A stretch of 64,000 bases of DNA, from positions 744,001 to 808,000 of the forward strand of contig LSRY02000027.1 of NCBI GenBank assembly GCA_001643675.2. Reading direction: 5' to 3'. Both the position numbers and the translations under genes were made by a program. The notes below the pieces were generated by a model. The model was not told the origin of the DNA, did no database searches, and worked only from the letters and a program-made list of their open reading frames with translations. Source of the DNA: Monocercomonoides exilis PA203. Its lineage: Eukaryota; Protista; Preaxostyla. Positions 14,301 through 26,935 of the stretch are shown here, piece by piece. Every line of letters begins with the position of its first letter. Within the stretch, counting starts at the first letter, position 1.

Positions 14301-17300
14301 CGGAGTAAGCATCGCTGCATCAGTCCTTTCGGTGGACTCTTCATCTATTCTGGTGGTTCTGTCTTTACCATTCTCTTCTTTTTCTTTCTCCTTTTCCTTC
14401 TCTTTCTCCTTCTCTTTCTCCTCTTTCTTCCCAAACTGCTGCGTGTTCTGTGCTGGTCCTTTATACACGTGTATCTTCCCTGGCACACAAAAGGCTGCCA
14501 CAAAGCGAGGCGCCGTTGTCCAGTCAGCTGTCGTGTCCCACCCTTCATTCATCAGCCGCTTCTTGTGCTGTGCCAACGCAGCAGCAGTGGCTGAGATCTG
14601 CCTCACAGACATCGATGCACCTTCGAAGCCAGATGATGGGGTGGAGGGCGGAGAAGGCAGGGGAGGAGAGGAAGAAAAAGAGGAAGAGGAAGAGGAAGAG
14701 GAAGGATTTTGGGTGTTTGAGGAAGATGCAGAGGATGCGAGGGAATACGAGTCATCGAAGTCCTGATTAGCGCTGCTGCTGTTGATGTCATCATCGTCTG
14801 AGTCCTCGTCTTCCAAGTGCATCATCCCGTCTCTCACCTTCTGCGAGGCATGCGACACAAAAAACGTGTGGATGTTGGTCTCATCTGCACACACCATCGA
14901 TGCCATGTTTGGCTCCACCGGAGGATACTGCAAGTTTGTGAGTGGGCAGAAGTCGCCCAAGTCTGTTACATCCAAAGGCCATCCGCTGTCTTGGTCGCCT
15001 TCGATCTCATTCTCTCCTCCTCCTCCACTGCCATTTGCTGCTACTGCTGCTGCTGCTGATGATGATGATGATGTGTTTGAGTGCTGTGTCTTATCATCTT
15101 TTGATAAATTAGAACTGTTTTTTCCTTCTCCTTCTTTCTGAAACGTCTGATTCTTCTCCTTCTCTTTCTCTTTCTCCTTCTTCTTCTGCTTCTCCTCCCA
15201 CTTCTCCTGCAGCTGCTTCTGCACCTCCAGCTCTTTATCCTCCCTCTCCTTCTCTCCAAACGGCCGAGGCAGCACATACTCTGTTGCCCTGTGGAGTGGA
15301 TACTGCCCTGGAAAAAACATCGCAAGGGCTGACGGTTCAGCCGTCTGTTGCGGAACATGCGGATCAAACGGGCGGTGCTGTGAAAGGATCTCGTCGACAG
15401 TGTAGGCGTGTGTCTCGATGGAGTGGTTGTCAATCACTGTGGGCTTGGGAGGTGGTGGCAGAGGAGGCCATTCATTCGCTGTGAGCGGGTAGCTGAAGGA
15501 GGAAGAGGGGTCTTTGGCGTCGGTTGAGCGTGGAGTGCTGTTGAATGAAGAATCAGACAGAGAAGGAGAAGACGAAGAAGAAAGTGTTCTAATCGACATC
15601 TGTGACGATGTGCCAAACCTATCTTCGTCATCTCCAAATCTCGTCTGCGTCTGTGTGTTTGCTGCTGCTGCTGATGATGATGACGAAGCTGCCTCTCCAT
15701 TCGGAGTCAGATGGTCCTTTGGGTTGTAAGTGAGCTTCGACGGGGCGCACTTGAAGAGGACGAGGGTGAAGTCATCTGGCACCAGCTGCAGCGTCTCTCT
15801 GTTCGCATTCCGCCCTTTCAAAACACACGGCGCTGTCACCGCAGCCTGCGTAGATGGGGTAGAAGAGACAGACACTGTGCCTTGCAGCGAAAGCGCCTGG
15901 GCAGAAGACATCGAAGCGTCTGCTTTGGGGTCGAAGCCATTTTGACCTGAAGAAGAAGAAGAAGATGATGATGATGAAAGAGCAGATGCTTGTTTGCTGC
16001 CTGTTTGTGAAGTGTTTGCCGTGTTTGGAGCATTCGGCTGCCAGAGATCAAACAGCGGAGGCTCTGAGCGGTTGGGCAGGGCGACGATTGGACGCTTCGG
16101 CCTCATGCTGCTTTTCTTCCTTGCTGTTTGGTCTCTTCCAGTGCGATCGCTGCTCCGCGGAGAGGATGAAAGCGAGCAGCAGGAGGAGCAGCAGGAACAG
16201 GAGCGGGAGGAGGAGCGAGAACGGGAGTGGATGTGGGAAGGAGAAGACGCGGGAGAGAAACTCTGGGGCGGTGAAGTGGTGCTTGAGGAATAATGAAATG
16301 AAGAAGAAGAAGAAGAAGAGATGGCAGATGAAGCAGAACGTGAAGGCAGCCCTGTGCTTCCTGAAGGGTGCTGCTGATGATTGAGTGGTTTTGGAATCAA
16401 TGCAGAAGAAGCCAAAGAGCCTGCTGTTGCAGTTTGACTCGAATTGACAGAGCTGATTGGGTGTGAAGATTGTGTTTTCTTTCCCTCTTCATCTTTCGCT
16501 TTCTCTTCATTGCCTTCGCTTTCTCTTTCAATCTTTGTGCCTTCCTTCTGTTCTTCCCCTTCCTTTTCTTTGTCTTCATTTCGTTTCAATTCCGCACAAT
16601 TATCAGCTTCGCTTGGCTTCAATGAGCCTGCAGGCTGCGATGATCTAACTGAACCAGTGGCTGCCCCTGTGCTTTGCTCGCTCGCTTGCACAGTCTGCAG
16701 CGCACCAGGCTTTGTTCTTCGCAGCGTCTGGCGGTTCTGCCCGGATGATGTTGCCTGGGAGTGGCGTAGCGTCTGCGAATTATTTCCGTTTTCTCCTTCT
16801 TTTGTATCAGAGGATGTTCGATTGTTGTTCGACTCGAGTTCTGCATCATTTTTTCTTCGAGACACATCGTATTTCCCGGAGTCTAATATGATGCGCTCTA
16901 TTTCTTTCAAATCTGGAACGCTGTCCGCGTTCAAAGGAATTGGACAATCCGTGTGCCTTCTCCAGAATCGACGAAATTTCTGATTCTGTGCGCACAAGGA
17001 AAGAATTCGAGTTTTAAATGAACGTGCTGTTTCGCCTGGTTGCACAGTAAAAAATCCCCTTGGAGGAATAATGATTAAAGAGTTGCCTATGCTTTTCCCT
17101 CCTCTTTTCCCAAAAGTCTTTTTTATCGTTGAGTGTGCCCTCTCCGGGAGCGCAGCATCGTAAAGCGGAATAAGTGAAGAATCTTCAATAACCCTTTGCT
17201 TAACTGATAAAGGAGCTTCACTCAATAAAACATCAGGTTCATCAAAAACAAACACAACGTAAAATCCAGGTATATTTGACAAGCTTAACGGAGGATCTCC

Positions 17301-17680
17301 CACCTCCGTTGAGAAATCTTTTCCCATGTTGACCGGGTAAGAAACTTTTGGAGTTTGTTGGTACTTTGGTAAATGAGATGAATTTTTGCTGTGATGATGC
17401 TTGTGAGAAATATCGAATGAATCACTTCTTCTTTTTGATTTTTCATAATATTTTGTGTTTTCTTCTCGTTTTACAGCGGACATAGATGCTGTTGAGCGAT
17501 TAATTTTCTGAACAAACAAAGCATAAAACAAAAAGCATTAAAATAAGATGAAGGAGAGAAAGATAACAAATCAAAATTTTTTGTAAATATGAATCAAACA
17601 TCAGCTTTCTCCATCTCGTTCAATCTCTGATGAGAATTTTGTGCACTTAAGTTTGTGTTGTAACCTGTGGCTTGCGACAT
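1182..17680 (-). CDS. Giant (~5,468 aa) low-complexity protein containing a PPP-family Ser/Thr protein phosphatase domain (PP5/PP7/PPEF-like)
   Basis: Invariant PPP motifs GDIHG (~6140), GDYVDRG (~6040), RGNHE (~5945), CHGG (~5080), LWADP (~4915), RAHQ (~4808), TVFSAYDYCG (~4740). Gene model: exon1 17680-17600 (MSQATGYN...EKAD), phase-0 intron 17599-17508 (GTTTGA...TTCAG), exon2 17507-1182 in frame with the 5449-aa ORF. Confidence 0.88.
17508..17599 (-). other. Spliceosomal intron (92 nt) of PPP gene
   Basis: GTTTGA donor, T-rich tract, CAG acceptor; removal joins an ATG-initiated 27-codon exon in frame. Confidence 0.75.
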
Positions 17681-18286
17681 TAAGTGCTTTTTGTTGTTGT
17701 ATGAATAAGCTATATTTATTCAAGAAGAATTTGGTATTTTTGATCAAAAAATCAAAATGATAATTATGAATAAAAAAACGCTGCTAATGGATATGAACAA
17801 ATTAATTGAACGAAAATCCATTTTTGAGTTTCCGAAAGCAAAATTTTTCAAGTTTCTTTTTAATATTTTGTGTGAGACTATTTCTTTTATTAATAAAGCA
17901 ATTTATAACGGAAATTTTATAAAAAAAAATTGTTAATAATCAAAAATGCTTCATATTGGCAAGTCGGCAGCTCGAATTTATGAATAAAAGCAAAAAGGCT
18001 ATCAAAAATGAACAACTTATCGAAAAAATTTTTTTTCTCCAATGATCTCTTTCTGTACTAAGATATTATCTGCTTCTTATGCCATCTTCAGATAAATATC
18101 ATCCATTCGAGAAACTTCGTCTGTTGTCTCAATAAATACAGAATGACACGTTGCAATGTTTATGTCTGCAAAATAGCCAGCATGAATAGGCTGCATTATC
18201 ATTCTCGTCTTGAAGAATGGCGAATTGTTATGCTCTTTGAATGAAAAACCAAATGACAGTATTCCACCTTGCAATTCTGGTTTAGA

Positions 18287-18361
<75 letters not shown>
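18287..18361. repeat. (ATT)25 microsatellite
   Basis: Perfect trinucleotide run visible in sequence. Confidence 0.95.
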
Positions 18362-18362
<1 letters not shown>

Positions 18363-18753
18363 GAAGACATTTCAGAAGTAGAAGAAGAAAAGAACGAGAA
18401 AATGAGAAGTAAATTTTTGCTATGAAGTCGGATGATGTGAAAGAGCGAATGAGTTGGAAGGAAAAGAGGGACCCAAAAGCACAAATCGAATGTGACTAAA
18501 ATGACTGAAAATAACTGAAAATAACTGAAAAATAAACTATTTGTATTGAACATGCTTCTGTTTCAACTGAGTTCTGCTCTTTTCTCTTTGCTCCTTTTTC
18601 ATTTTGTATATTTGCTGAAATTTGCCTCTTCTTAATCTCAACTTCTCTTCTATGCTATCCGCATCTTCCTTTCTTCATCATCATCTTCTTCTTGCTGCTG
18701 TATGACTATCCGATATTGTTCAGTTAAGAACGAACTTGAAAACAGCAATTGTT

Positions 18754-20209
18754 TCACAGAAACACAAAATAATCAGAGGAATTCGTAAGCAAACGTGAAT
18801 TTCTAAAACGTTTTGAACGATGATGCACTATGACATAGATGCTTGTCAATGAATCTTCGTATCCTTCTTCTTCCAGCTTGTCAAAAAACTTTCTTTTCAT
18901 CCCTTTTTGCTTTGCCTTGCCATTTTCTTCTTTCATCTTTCCATCCAATCTTCCCGCTAGAAACTTGAAAATCGCCAAACATTCTCGAAATATGCGAATT
19001 TTCAATCTTGTTTGCAGAATCTCCTCCAAAATAACATCAATGACCCTTTCCTTAAACAGAGCATCAAGCGGAATTCTTTTGTTTGTCACCATGCTTTCTA
19101 AAAGGCAAACATTTTCAAAGCTCAAATCACTGAAATAATCCTTGCTCGCTTGTAATGCCCTCATAAAGCTGCCCACAAGTCCATAGCATTCCTCCTTCCA
19201 CAACATGAGGTTGCTAAAAAACGCTTCCAGTGAAAGAAGCCATCTTCTAATAATCATCACTTCAAAGACTTCCTTCCCTCCCTTTCCCTCTTCTTTCATC
19301 TTCAAAGTCAGGCGTCTTGTCAGCTCTTCCAGTTCTATAGGGGCTTCTTTCACAAAGTTCAAATCACATGCAAGCCCATAAATCAATTCACATACTTCCG
19401 GATACCGGTTAATCAAAAACTGCCAAGCGGACTGATAAGCAAGTTGTGTCAGATTGTGATGCTTCTGATGATATTGAATAATATCTGCTATCTCATTCAA
19501 ATACAATTCTTTTGGCACTTTCTAATCAAAAATAAGGAGGAAAAAATAATTTTCATTAATAATAACATAGAAACGCCAAACATCATATAATCCAATGTTG
19601 CTCAACGCAAATAAAGCCATTTCCACCTCTTTTTGTGCTTCTTCATCTTCCTCTTTTTTCAACGCAACTTTCAGGAGATAAGGCACACAAATGGAATTCA
19701 ATTTCAATGATGTTGACCTTCCAAATAAATAGTTGCATTCACTAAGATCAGCAATTAGCCTTTCATCCTTTTCTTCCATTTTCTCATATTCATCAACAAT
19801 CATCTTCTCGATTTTTCTTTCACTTGACAAATCACTATATAACCCATAGCTTGGTAGGTTTTTCATCACAAAGTTAAATCCAAAACGCTTCAGAATTGTC
19901 AGAATAATGCCCAATGGTGTTTTCTGTTCATCCATCATTTTGTTAATTTTTTTGAACAACTCAATGATAAACGTGTATTGCAATTCTTTTTCATTCATTT
20001 CATCTGCCATTTTATTCATTTTTTCGATATTCTGCTTTTGCACAATTTCTGAGCAACTCTCCAGCTCAGAAAGTAATTCTTCAAAGATTTGAAAAAAAAA
20101 TTCAAAATATTTCCAAAAAAATAAATTCTTCCAAACTTAACATTTCATATGTAATAGGAGACGAGACTCTCAATTTTTCAACTGCAATCCTAACATAAGT
20201 CGCTTCCAT
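18754..20209 (-). CDS. Multigene-family hypothetical protein, copy A (~445 aa, ARM/HEAT-like helical)
   Basis: Exons 20209-20137, 20078-19582, 19521-18754 (introns GTTTGG...GAAG, GTTTGG...TTAG), spliced length divisible by 3. Shares motifs KEVEMALxALSNI, HxNLTxLAYQSAWxFL, KxEEEGYED with copies B and C. Confidence 0.8.
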
Positions 20210-20619
20210 TTTGAACAATATTTTTTCCCACTCAAATTACAAATGAAGCAACCTTCCGCAGAATTGAAATTGAAAAAAAAAGCTATTATAAAAAATAAAA
20301 TTGAAATCATAAAATTTCGATTTGAAGAATGCAGAGTTGCCACACATATCGATGTTTTTCTTTTGACTGACTCTCATTTTGGCATATTTGATCAGACAGA
20401 AAAAAGTGAGTTTTCCTTCATATGAAGGAGAAAATTCAGCATATAATCATGTACTATTTCATGCTCATTTGAAATATAAAAATGATAAAAAAAATAAATA
20501 TGCATTTTTATTGTGAATAAGCGGAAATATTTGAAAAATTATTAAATAAAACAAGTGTTTCACTTGTTTTGGGGAAAAAACGTTTCAAGAGCACGTTGTT
20601 GCAATCAAACTTCCAAAAC

Positions 20620-23200
20620 AACTCATCGATGAAAATCGTCAAAACAAATGCAGATGGAAGAAACACGAACTCTTTCAAAAAAGAAAAGAAGGAAGAGAAA
20701 AAGAGGAGCTGAATTTCCTTTTTCTATTTCAGAATTCGAAGATACAGAAAGAAGCAAAAGAGCAGATAAAGTTTTGCTTTTTACAACAAAAACGTATTTG
20801 CCAATTTTGAGAAGAAGATGAAAGAGTCGCTTCACAAACCAGAAAGAAAATGTTCAAAAACCGAAAATGTGAATGACAAAAAATCTTCAATGAGAGAATT
20901 GAAAACTCTGGTGAAGTACTCCTTTTTCATGCTCAATCAACGTCAATAAAAACACAGTGGAAACGGTGTGGGAAATATACAAAGAAGTTATCACTTTAAC
21001 TGATTTGTCTTGTAAATGGTAAGTGAACTTTGCCAAACGCAGGTTGTGAGGCAATCCAACGAAGCTTTCCCAATCAAAAACAAAGAGAATATTGAAGATA
21101 TTCCAATATGAATTGGCAGATCCTCCAAATAGAATTCTTTATGATGTCATTCAAAGCAGAAGAAAGGAAAAATATTTGCCTCTCAGATGAATATGAATGG
21201 TGCGGAAATCAATCAATGATTGAAAGCATAAGCAGAAGAAGCAGAAGAGATAATACTCCATTGGTTTGGCTGCTGCAACGTTTTGAGAATTTCCATAAAT
21301 TCAAATGAATAGCTGAGCCAACGATAACATTCCCATCCTCCTTCTTCTCCCAATTCTCTTTCCTCTGCATCACTTGCTTCTCCATAAACTCCATGATTCT
21401 CTTCTCCTTCCTCATTCATTTCATGCTGAAAATAACAGAAAAGTGATATTCCATCTTCAGAAAATGAGATTTCCTCATCCTTTCCTTCTGCCATAAACCC
21501 TTCTTGAGCATTGCAATGTGGCCATGTCACAAGACTTCAAGACCATTCACAGAATGCTTTGATCAAACCAATTGCTCATCGTATGCTCTTCATTCTTCCC
21601 CATCGAGAGAGACTTCTGAATTCTTGGAATTTCACAGCAAAGTGCCATTAAGTGCTTCACTTAACATGTTGAATTGTCATGAAATGATATCCTTTCATCG
21701 AACATTTTTCTTCCAATGCTTTCTTCATGAGTGAAAGGAACAAAGAAATATGAACATCGAGTTGGTGGAGGAGAACGTTCTTTTCCAGTTGGAGCCGCAG
21801 ATGCTGTGAATGCACTTCAATTGTTCTTCTATCTGTTTGATCTGTTGATGATATCCTCTCCACTTTGGTGTATGCACACTGCCATTATCCCTTTCGCCAG
21901 ACGGATAAAGTCTCGCCGACTCCTTCTCAGAACAATACATTGACAGCCGAAGCAGCAAGCGCAATGAAGCAAAGTGAAATGGAAGAGAACGAGGAAATAG
22001 AAGAAAAGATGAAAATGGTGCTTAATATGAACATATTGAGTGACGATGACGAAGCAATTGAAGAAAGTTGGATTTTTTTTTTGAACATGAAGAAGATGAG
22101 GAATGTTGATTGTCCTGGCAGTGAAATGTCATCAAAGGTGGTGTAACTGAAGAACGAGATATCAACAACTGAATCTGGTGAATAACACGATGGTTTGGAA
22201 GTTGTTTGAAATGGATCGAATGAAACAGTCCGATTATTTCAGAGGCAGATGACGAAAAGGCTGAAAATGCAAATCCTTCACTCGCAGTTATCAATGGCTG
22301 GAATCTGTCCTCTGCTTCAAATAGCCCACAAGAGATCGAGATTTATGTCACATTAACAAATAAAGCAGGCTTGCCATCAAAAGAAGAAGAAGAAGAAGAT
22401 GATGATGATGATAGTGAAAGCACAGAAGAATAATTCAATTCAATATTGCCTTATGATTGCAAAAAAGCCGAAACAATAAAGACAAAGCGGCATGTTTTCT
22501 ATCAACCCTTTTTGCAAATGGAGCAAATGCATGAGACGGAAAATAGTTGAAGTCCACATTGTTTGTTTTGTAATTTTCGAAGAACAAGGGCATGGATTGA
22601 TTCAGGAGCTGTTTATCTTCCTCGTTTTCATTCTATTTGTTTCATGAAAAGTAACAATGCTTCGCTTTCAAAAAAATATTCCACAAAAAAAACAGGTGAA
22701 TTTTTTCCAAAAGCAGAAATGGTTGTCTCATTTCGTTTGTGCGGCCGATATCGTGTTTTATTGATTTGGAATGAGTCTATCATCATTGGCAGAAATTGTC
22801 TCTCTTGTCTTGTCCAAAAATCACCAAAATTGCTCCCCAATCTTATTTTCCAAAATTCCAAGCTATTTTATTCCAACTTTATTTCACAGAATTCCATCCT
22901 TTTCATCTTCATCCAAACGTTTTACTTTCGAATTTGGTTTCATCTCTCATTCCAAACAAAAACAATGAAAAGAATGGCACTTGAACAACTTCATCTATTT
23001 GCCAATTGATATGCAATTATCAGCTTCATTCCGATTGTAATGTTCTTGAAAGAGGAGATTTGCCATTTTGAAAAAAAAAGTCGTATTCCTGGGCTTTGGA
23101 AAGGTTACGGATGGTGATATCATCATAACCAATAGAACTATTAAAAGTACATACATACAGATATTTTTGTCCAAAAATAAAATTGTTGGATTCCCGTTGG
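20620..23200 (-). pseudogene. Degenerate coding-like sequence (stops/frameshifts in all frames), identity unknown
   Basis: GC content and TCT/TCA runs resemble coding DNA, with fragments such as SSSSFDGKPALFVNVT and FSYTTFDDISLPGQSTFLIFF, but no long ORF. Strand and bounds approximate. Confidence 0.35.
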
Positions 23201-23214
23201 CCATCTAATCTCCA

Positions 23215-23575
23215 AAATCATCAAATAGAATTTCAAAATCAACGCACTTCCATCGTTGACTTCCACCACCACACATTTAAATATCGCCTATCCAACAGAA
23301 AATATTCGCTCACCGTTCTCTCATTTCAACAAGGACTATTAATGTTTATTCAAATCTGATGATCTGATCATCCATTACAACAAACAAGAAAAAAGGTTTA
23401 TCGTTTTTTCTTTCTTTCTTAGTAACGCCTTGTCAAATAATACCAACAACATAGAACGGTATAATAACTTATATTTTCGTGGTTGTTTTGAGTTTTTATT
23501 TTGCATCAATTTCTTTTATCCAACGATGTGCGGATTCAAAACGAATGACGAATATTCATTTTTTCAGTCTGCAAT
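23215..23575 (+). repeat. Conserved 5' non-coding block of family copy B (paralogous to 56266-56625, inverted)
   Basis: Directly alignable, e.g. CGCTCACCGTTCTCTCATTTCAACAAGGACTATT and TTTATCGTTTTTTCTTTCTTTCTTAGTAAC occur in both copies. Confidence 0.85.
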
Positions 23576-24966
23576 ATGCTTTCAAAAATGCAGACAATGA
23601 GTGTTACCAATAGGTTTAATAGTTTGTGCTCATTGTTGCGTTTGAATTCTTGATAGTTACGATTTTATTTTTTGAAGAATTGTTTTCTGAGCTTGAAGAT
23701 TGCGACAAGGAAGAGCAAAAACAGAAAATTGAAGAATTGAATGAAGTGATGGAAGAAATGGATGAAGAAGAACTTTATTCAACATTCACAAAAGAAATAT
23801 TCAATAAAACGGATGAAATGATTGAAGAAGAGAAACTTTCGATGGAAAATGCATTATTCTTGCTGAAACATATTGGGCATTTCATCTCATTGAAAAACAT
23901 ACGGATTATGTGCTTTGAGTATTCTTTGCTGAAAGCAAGACTTGAGAAGATAATATTTGACGAATGTGAAAAAGGAGATGGAAAGGATGAAAATCGGATG
24001 GTTGATCTTTGCGAATGCTTTTTGATATTGTGCATTAACTGTATTTTAGATGAGTCACTTTTAATCTGTGTGCCTTGTCTGCTGAATGTTGCATTGAAGA
24101 AAGCGGAAGACGAGGAGACTCAAAAAGAAGTGGAAATGGCACTTTTGGCATTGAGCAACATTCCAGTATTTTATGTTTGAGCGCTTCTTTTTCATTTTTG
24201 ATTTATTAATTTTTTCTTATTTTTTGTATAGGAAGTGAAAAGAGAATTGTCAACGAATAAAATCAAAGAAATCATCAAATATCATCAGGAACACAGAAAT
24301 CTAACAAAACTTGCCTATCAATCTGCTTGGGAGTTTTTAATTTACAGATTGGACACTGATAAAAGCTATGAAGCCATCGTGAATGAACTGCATTTCGCAA
24401 GAGAGGCAGCAAGAGAATTGGATGAGTTGTCTAAGAGTGTTGATTGGGAAAGAAAAAAAGAAGAGGAAAGAGGAAAAGAAACGAAAGAAGAGTTTCTTTT
24501 GATGAGATGGCTTTCTGCAATTTACAGTTTCTTTCATACGAATATATCGACGAATGAAGAATTTGATGGACTTATCAGCAGCCTTATTCAGATATTTAGG
24601 TCTGCGAAGGATAATCACAGAAAAATAAGCGAGATGTGCATTTATATATTTGATGCAGTTGCAAAAAATACATCAGCAAAAGTTGATTTCTTGTTGAAAG
24701 GTGGAGCTGTTGATAACATTTTGGTGGAGATTCAGCAACCAACACTTGATGACAAAATGACATTTGATTACATGAATTTTTTTCGATTAATTTCAGTGCG
24801 ATTGAAAGAAAAGACAGATAACGAAGCCAATGAAGCGAAAAGAATTGAATTGAAAAGAAAGATATTTGAAAAACTGGAAGAAGAAGGGTATGAAGATATC
24901 ATCACAAGCTTTCATGAAAAGTTTAGTGACATTTTTGCAGATCATAACGTATTTATTTATCTTTGA
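23576..24966 (+). CDS. Multigene-family hypothetical protein, copy B (~425 aa, ARM/HEAT-like helical)
   Basis: Exons 23576-23621, 23678-24174, 24232-24966; introns GTTTGT...GAAG and GTTTGA...ATAG; N-terminus MLSKMQTMSVTNRFNKLFSELE; same motifs as copies A and C. Confidence 0.82.
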
Positions 24967-25057
24967 ATAATTTACACTTTCTCTTAAAGGCTTGAGGAAA
25001 CGAAAAGCTTTGCATTTTGTAACTCAAAAGTTTCATTTTTCTTTTTTCAACATTTCA

Positions 25058-25112
25058 CAAAAAAAAGAAAAAAAAAGAAAAAGAAAAAAAAAGAAAAAAA
25101 AGAAAGAGAGAG

Positions 25113-25147
<35 letters not shown>

Positions 25148-25156
25148 GAGAGAGAA
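25058..25156. repeat. A/GA-rich low-complexity tract
   Basis: Poly-A, (GA)n and AAAGAG units downstream of copy B. Confidence 0.85.
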
Positions 25157-25449
25157 ACAGAACTTTTATTTTTTTTGAAAAAACCATTTTTCAAAGCCTC
25201 GAAATGTAATTAAGCAACAAAAAATTAAAAGGAAAAGGAAAAGATGAGCAAAATCACGTCGTGGGCGATAAAGTTTCTTGGATCGACCACAACTCAACAA
25301 CCACAATCAGATTTTTCAAGAATTTGTATGGGAAAGAAATGTGTCTTCTTAGATAATTTTCTTTTTCTTTCTTCTTCTTCTTATTCTTTTCCATTTTACT
25401 TTTCCTTTCCAAGCATTGAGCAATCTGAATAAGTCCTCTACCGTCTTTT

Positions 25450-26380
25450 CCCAATCACTCAAAGACAACGAGCTATCAATGATTGACTGTCTTTCTAATC
25501 AGAATGAGGATATATTTTGCGTTGCTGACAAAGCTTCCATCCGATGTAAGTGCTCTCTCGAAAGACTTTTTGTTGCATATGTCGCTCTTTAGTCTTCAAT
25601 TTTCGCTATCACCTTCATTTTCATCATTCACCTCTTCAACAGCTACATGTTACCCTTCTTTACAGCTCATTTCGAAAAAGAAAAGAAATGAAAAGAAAAA
25701 AGAACAGTTGTAGAATCTGCGTCAGATGTGCAGTCTTGAAACTCTCTTGTTGAAATAGCTTTTTCCTGGTGCATTGACTTCGGTCGCATGGAGCAACATA
25801 GAAAGACACATGTGATATTGCTCTGCCTAATGCACCAATTCGTCTTTGGTTCTTCTGACTTTCATATTGCAAGCTTCACGCAAAAACTTCACCGAAGCAA
25901 AGAAGACTTGCAGGGCTGGGTTGGGACAAGCAGCCTGTTGATGCAAATTTAAACAGGTTGTGGCAGTTCAGTTATTGTTCTCAATTTTCTTTGATATCAT
26001 TGCGATGGAAAGAACAAAATAAAAGACTCGTCAAAACGTATTGGAACATGTTAAAATTTGAGATAATGATAATGACATCCGTCAACAATTTGTCTGATCC
26101 TTAAGAGATGACGAAGGTTATTGCACGTAATTGAATTGGGCTGCTCACAGTTTGAAGCAGGAAATGATGAAGGTTGATGTTGAAGGGATGGAAATGGTGA
26201 TTTCACTGTGAATGCCAAAGGAAAATATGGAAAAAGCGATGAACGAGATGAAAATGAGAGTGGATGATGTGATTTTATCGTTGGAAAAGACTGTACCAGA
26301 TGTGTGGGAAGAGAGAGAAGTGGCAGATAAAGATTGTGATGATTACGAAGATGAAGAAGAAAAAAGATATGGAGAAGAAG
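25450..26380. pseudogene. Degenerate coding-like remnant
   Basis: Coding-like composition with fragments (MPKENMEKAMNEMKMRVDDVILSLEK...) interrupted by stops; no identifiable family. Confidence 0.25.
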
Positions 26381-26382
26381 GA

Positions 26383-26492
26383 GAAAAAAAAAAAGAAAGA
26401 AAAAGAAAAAGAAAAAGAAAAAGAAAAAGAAAAAGAAAAAAGAAAAAGAAAAAGAAAAAGAAAAAGAAAAAGAAAAAGAAAAAAAGAAAAAG
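26383..26492. repeat. (AAAAAG)n hexanucleotide microsatellite
   Basis: Tandem AAAAAG units. Confidence 0.9.
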
Positions 26493-26935
26493 ATGTTGAT
26501 GAGCAGGAAGAAATAGAAGAAAAAGAAGATGAAGTGTTTGTTATTGGATGTCAAAAAGATATATCTTTCATTCACAGATTTTTGTGGATTTTAGAAATTC
26601 CATGCACATTGTTTTGTGAATGTTTAACCAAACTCTTTTCGTTTGATTATGTTACTCAAAAAACATGTATATAAATGAATAATATTTGAATTTGTTTTAT
26701 TTAAGATATAAATCTTTTTTGATATCAACGTTCTTTTCAAATGAATGATTTGATTATTGTTGTGGAATCTTCATTTTTTGTGTGAAAGTTACACTTATTT
26801 TTTTTCATTTATTTTCGATGTGTCCATAAAAATATTTCAATCATTTATTTTATTTAATAATTTAGTAATGTTGGAAATGAAGATCAATTTATTAAACGAT
26901 TGAAATTTTCTTTTAGGAGATAAAGGAAAGTGAAA

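Noticed and set aside
1209-16983. Numerous antisense and alternate-frame ORFs overlapping the PPP gene (likewise over RMC1, kelch and PAN2)
   Set aside because: Shadows of stop-poor TCT/GAA repeat coding sequence; no independent motifs.
18077-18553. 158-aa poly-Asn ORF
   Set aside because: Held open by the (ATT)25 microsatellite; no recognisable domain. May include a decayed gene fragment but not supportable as a CDS.
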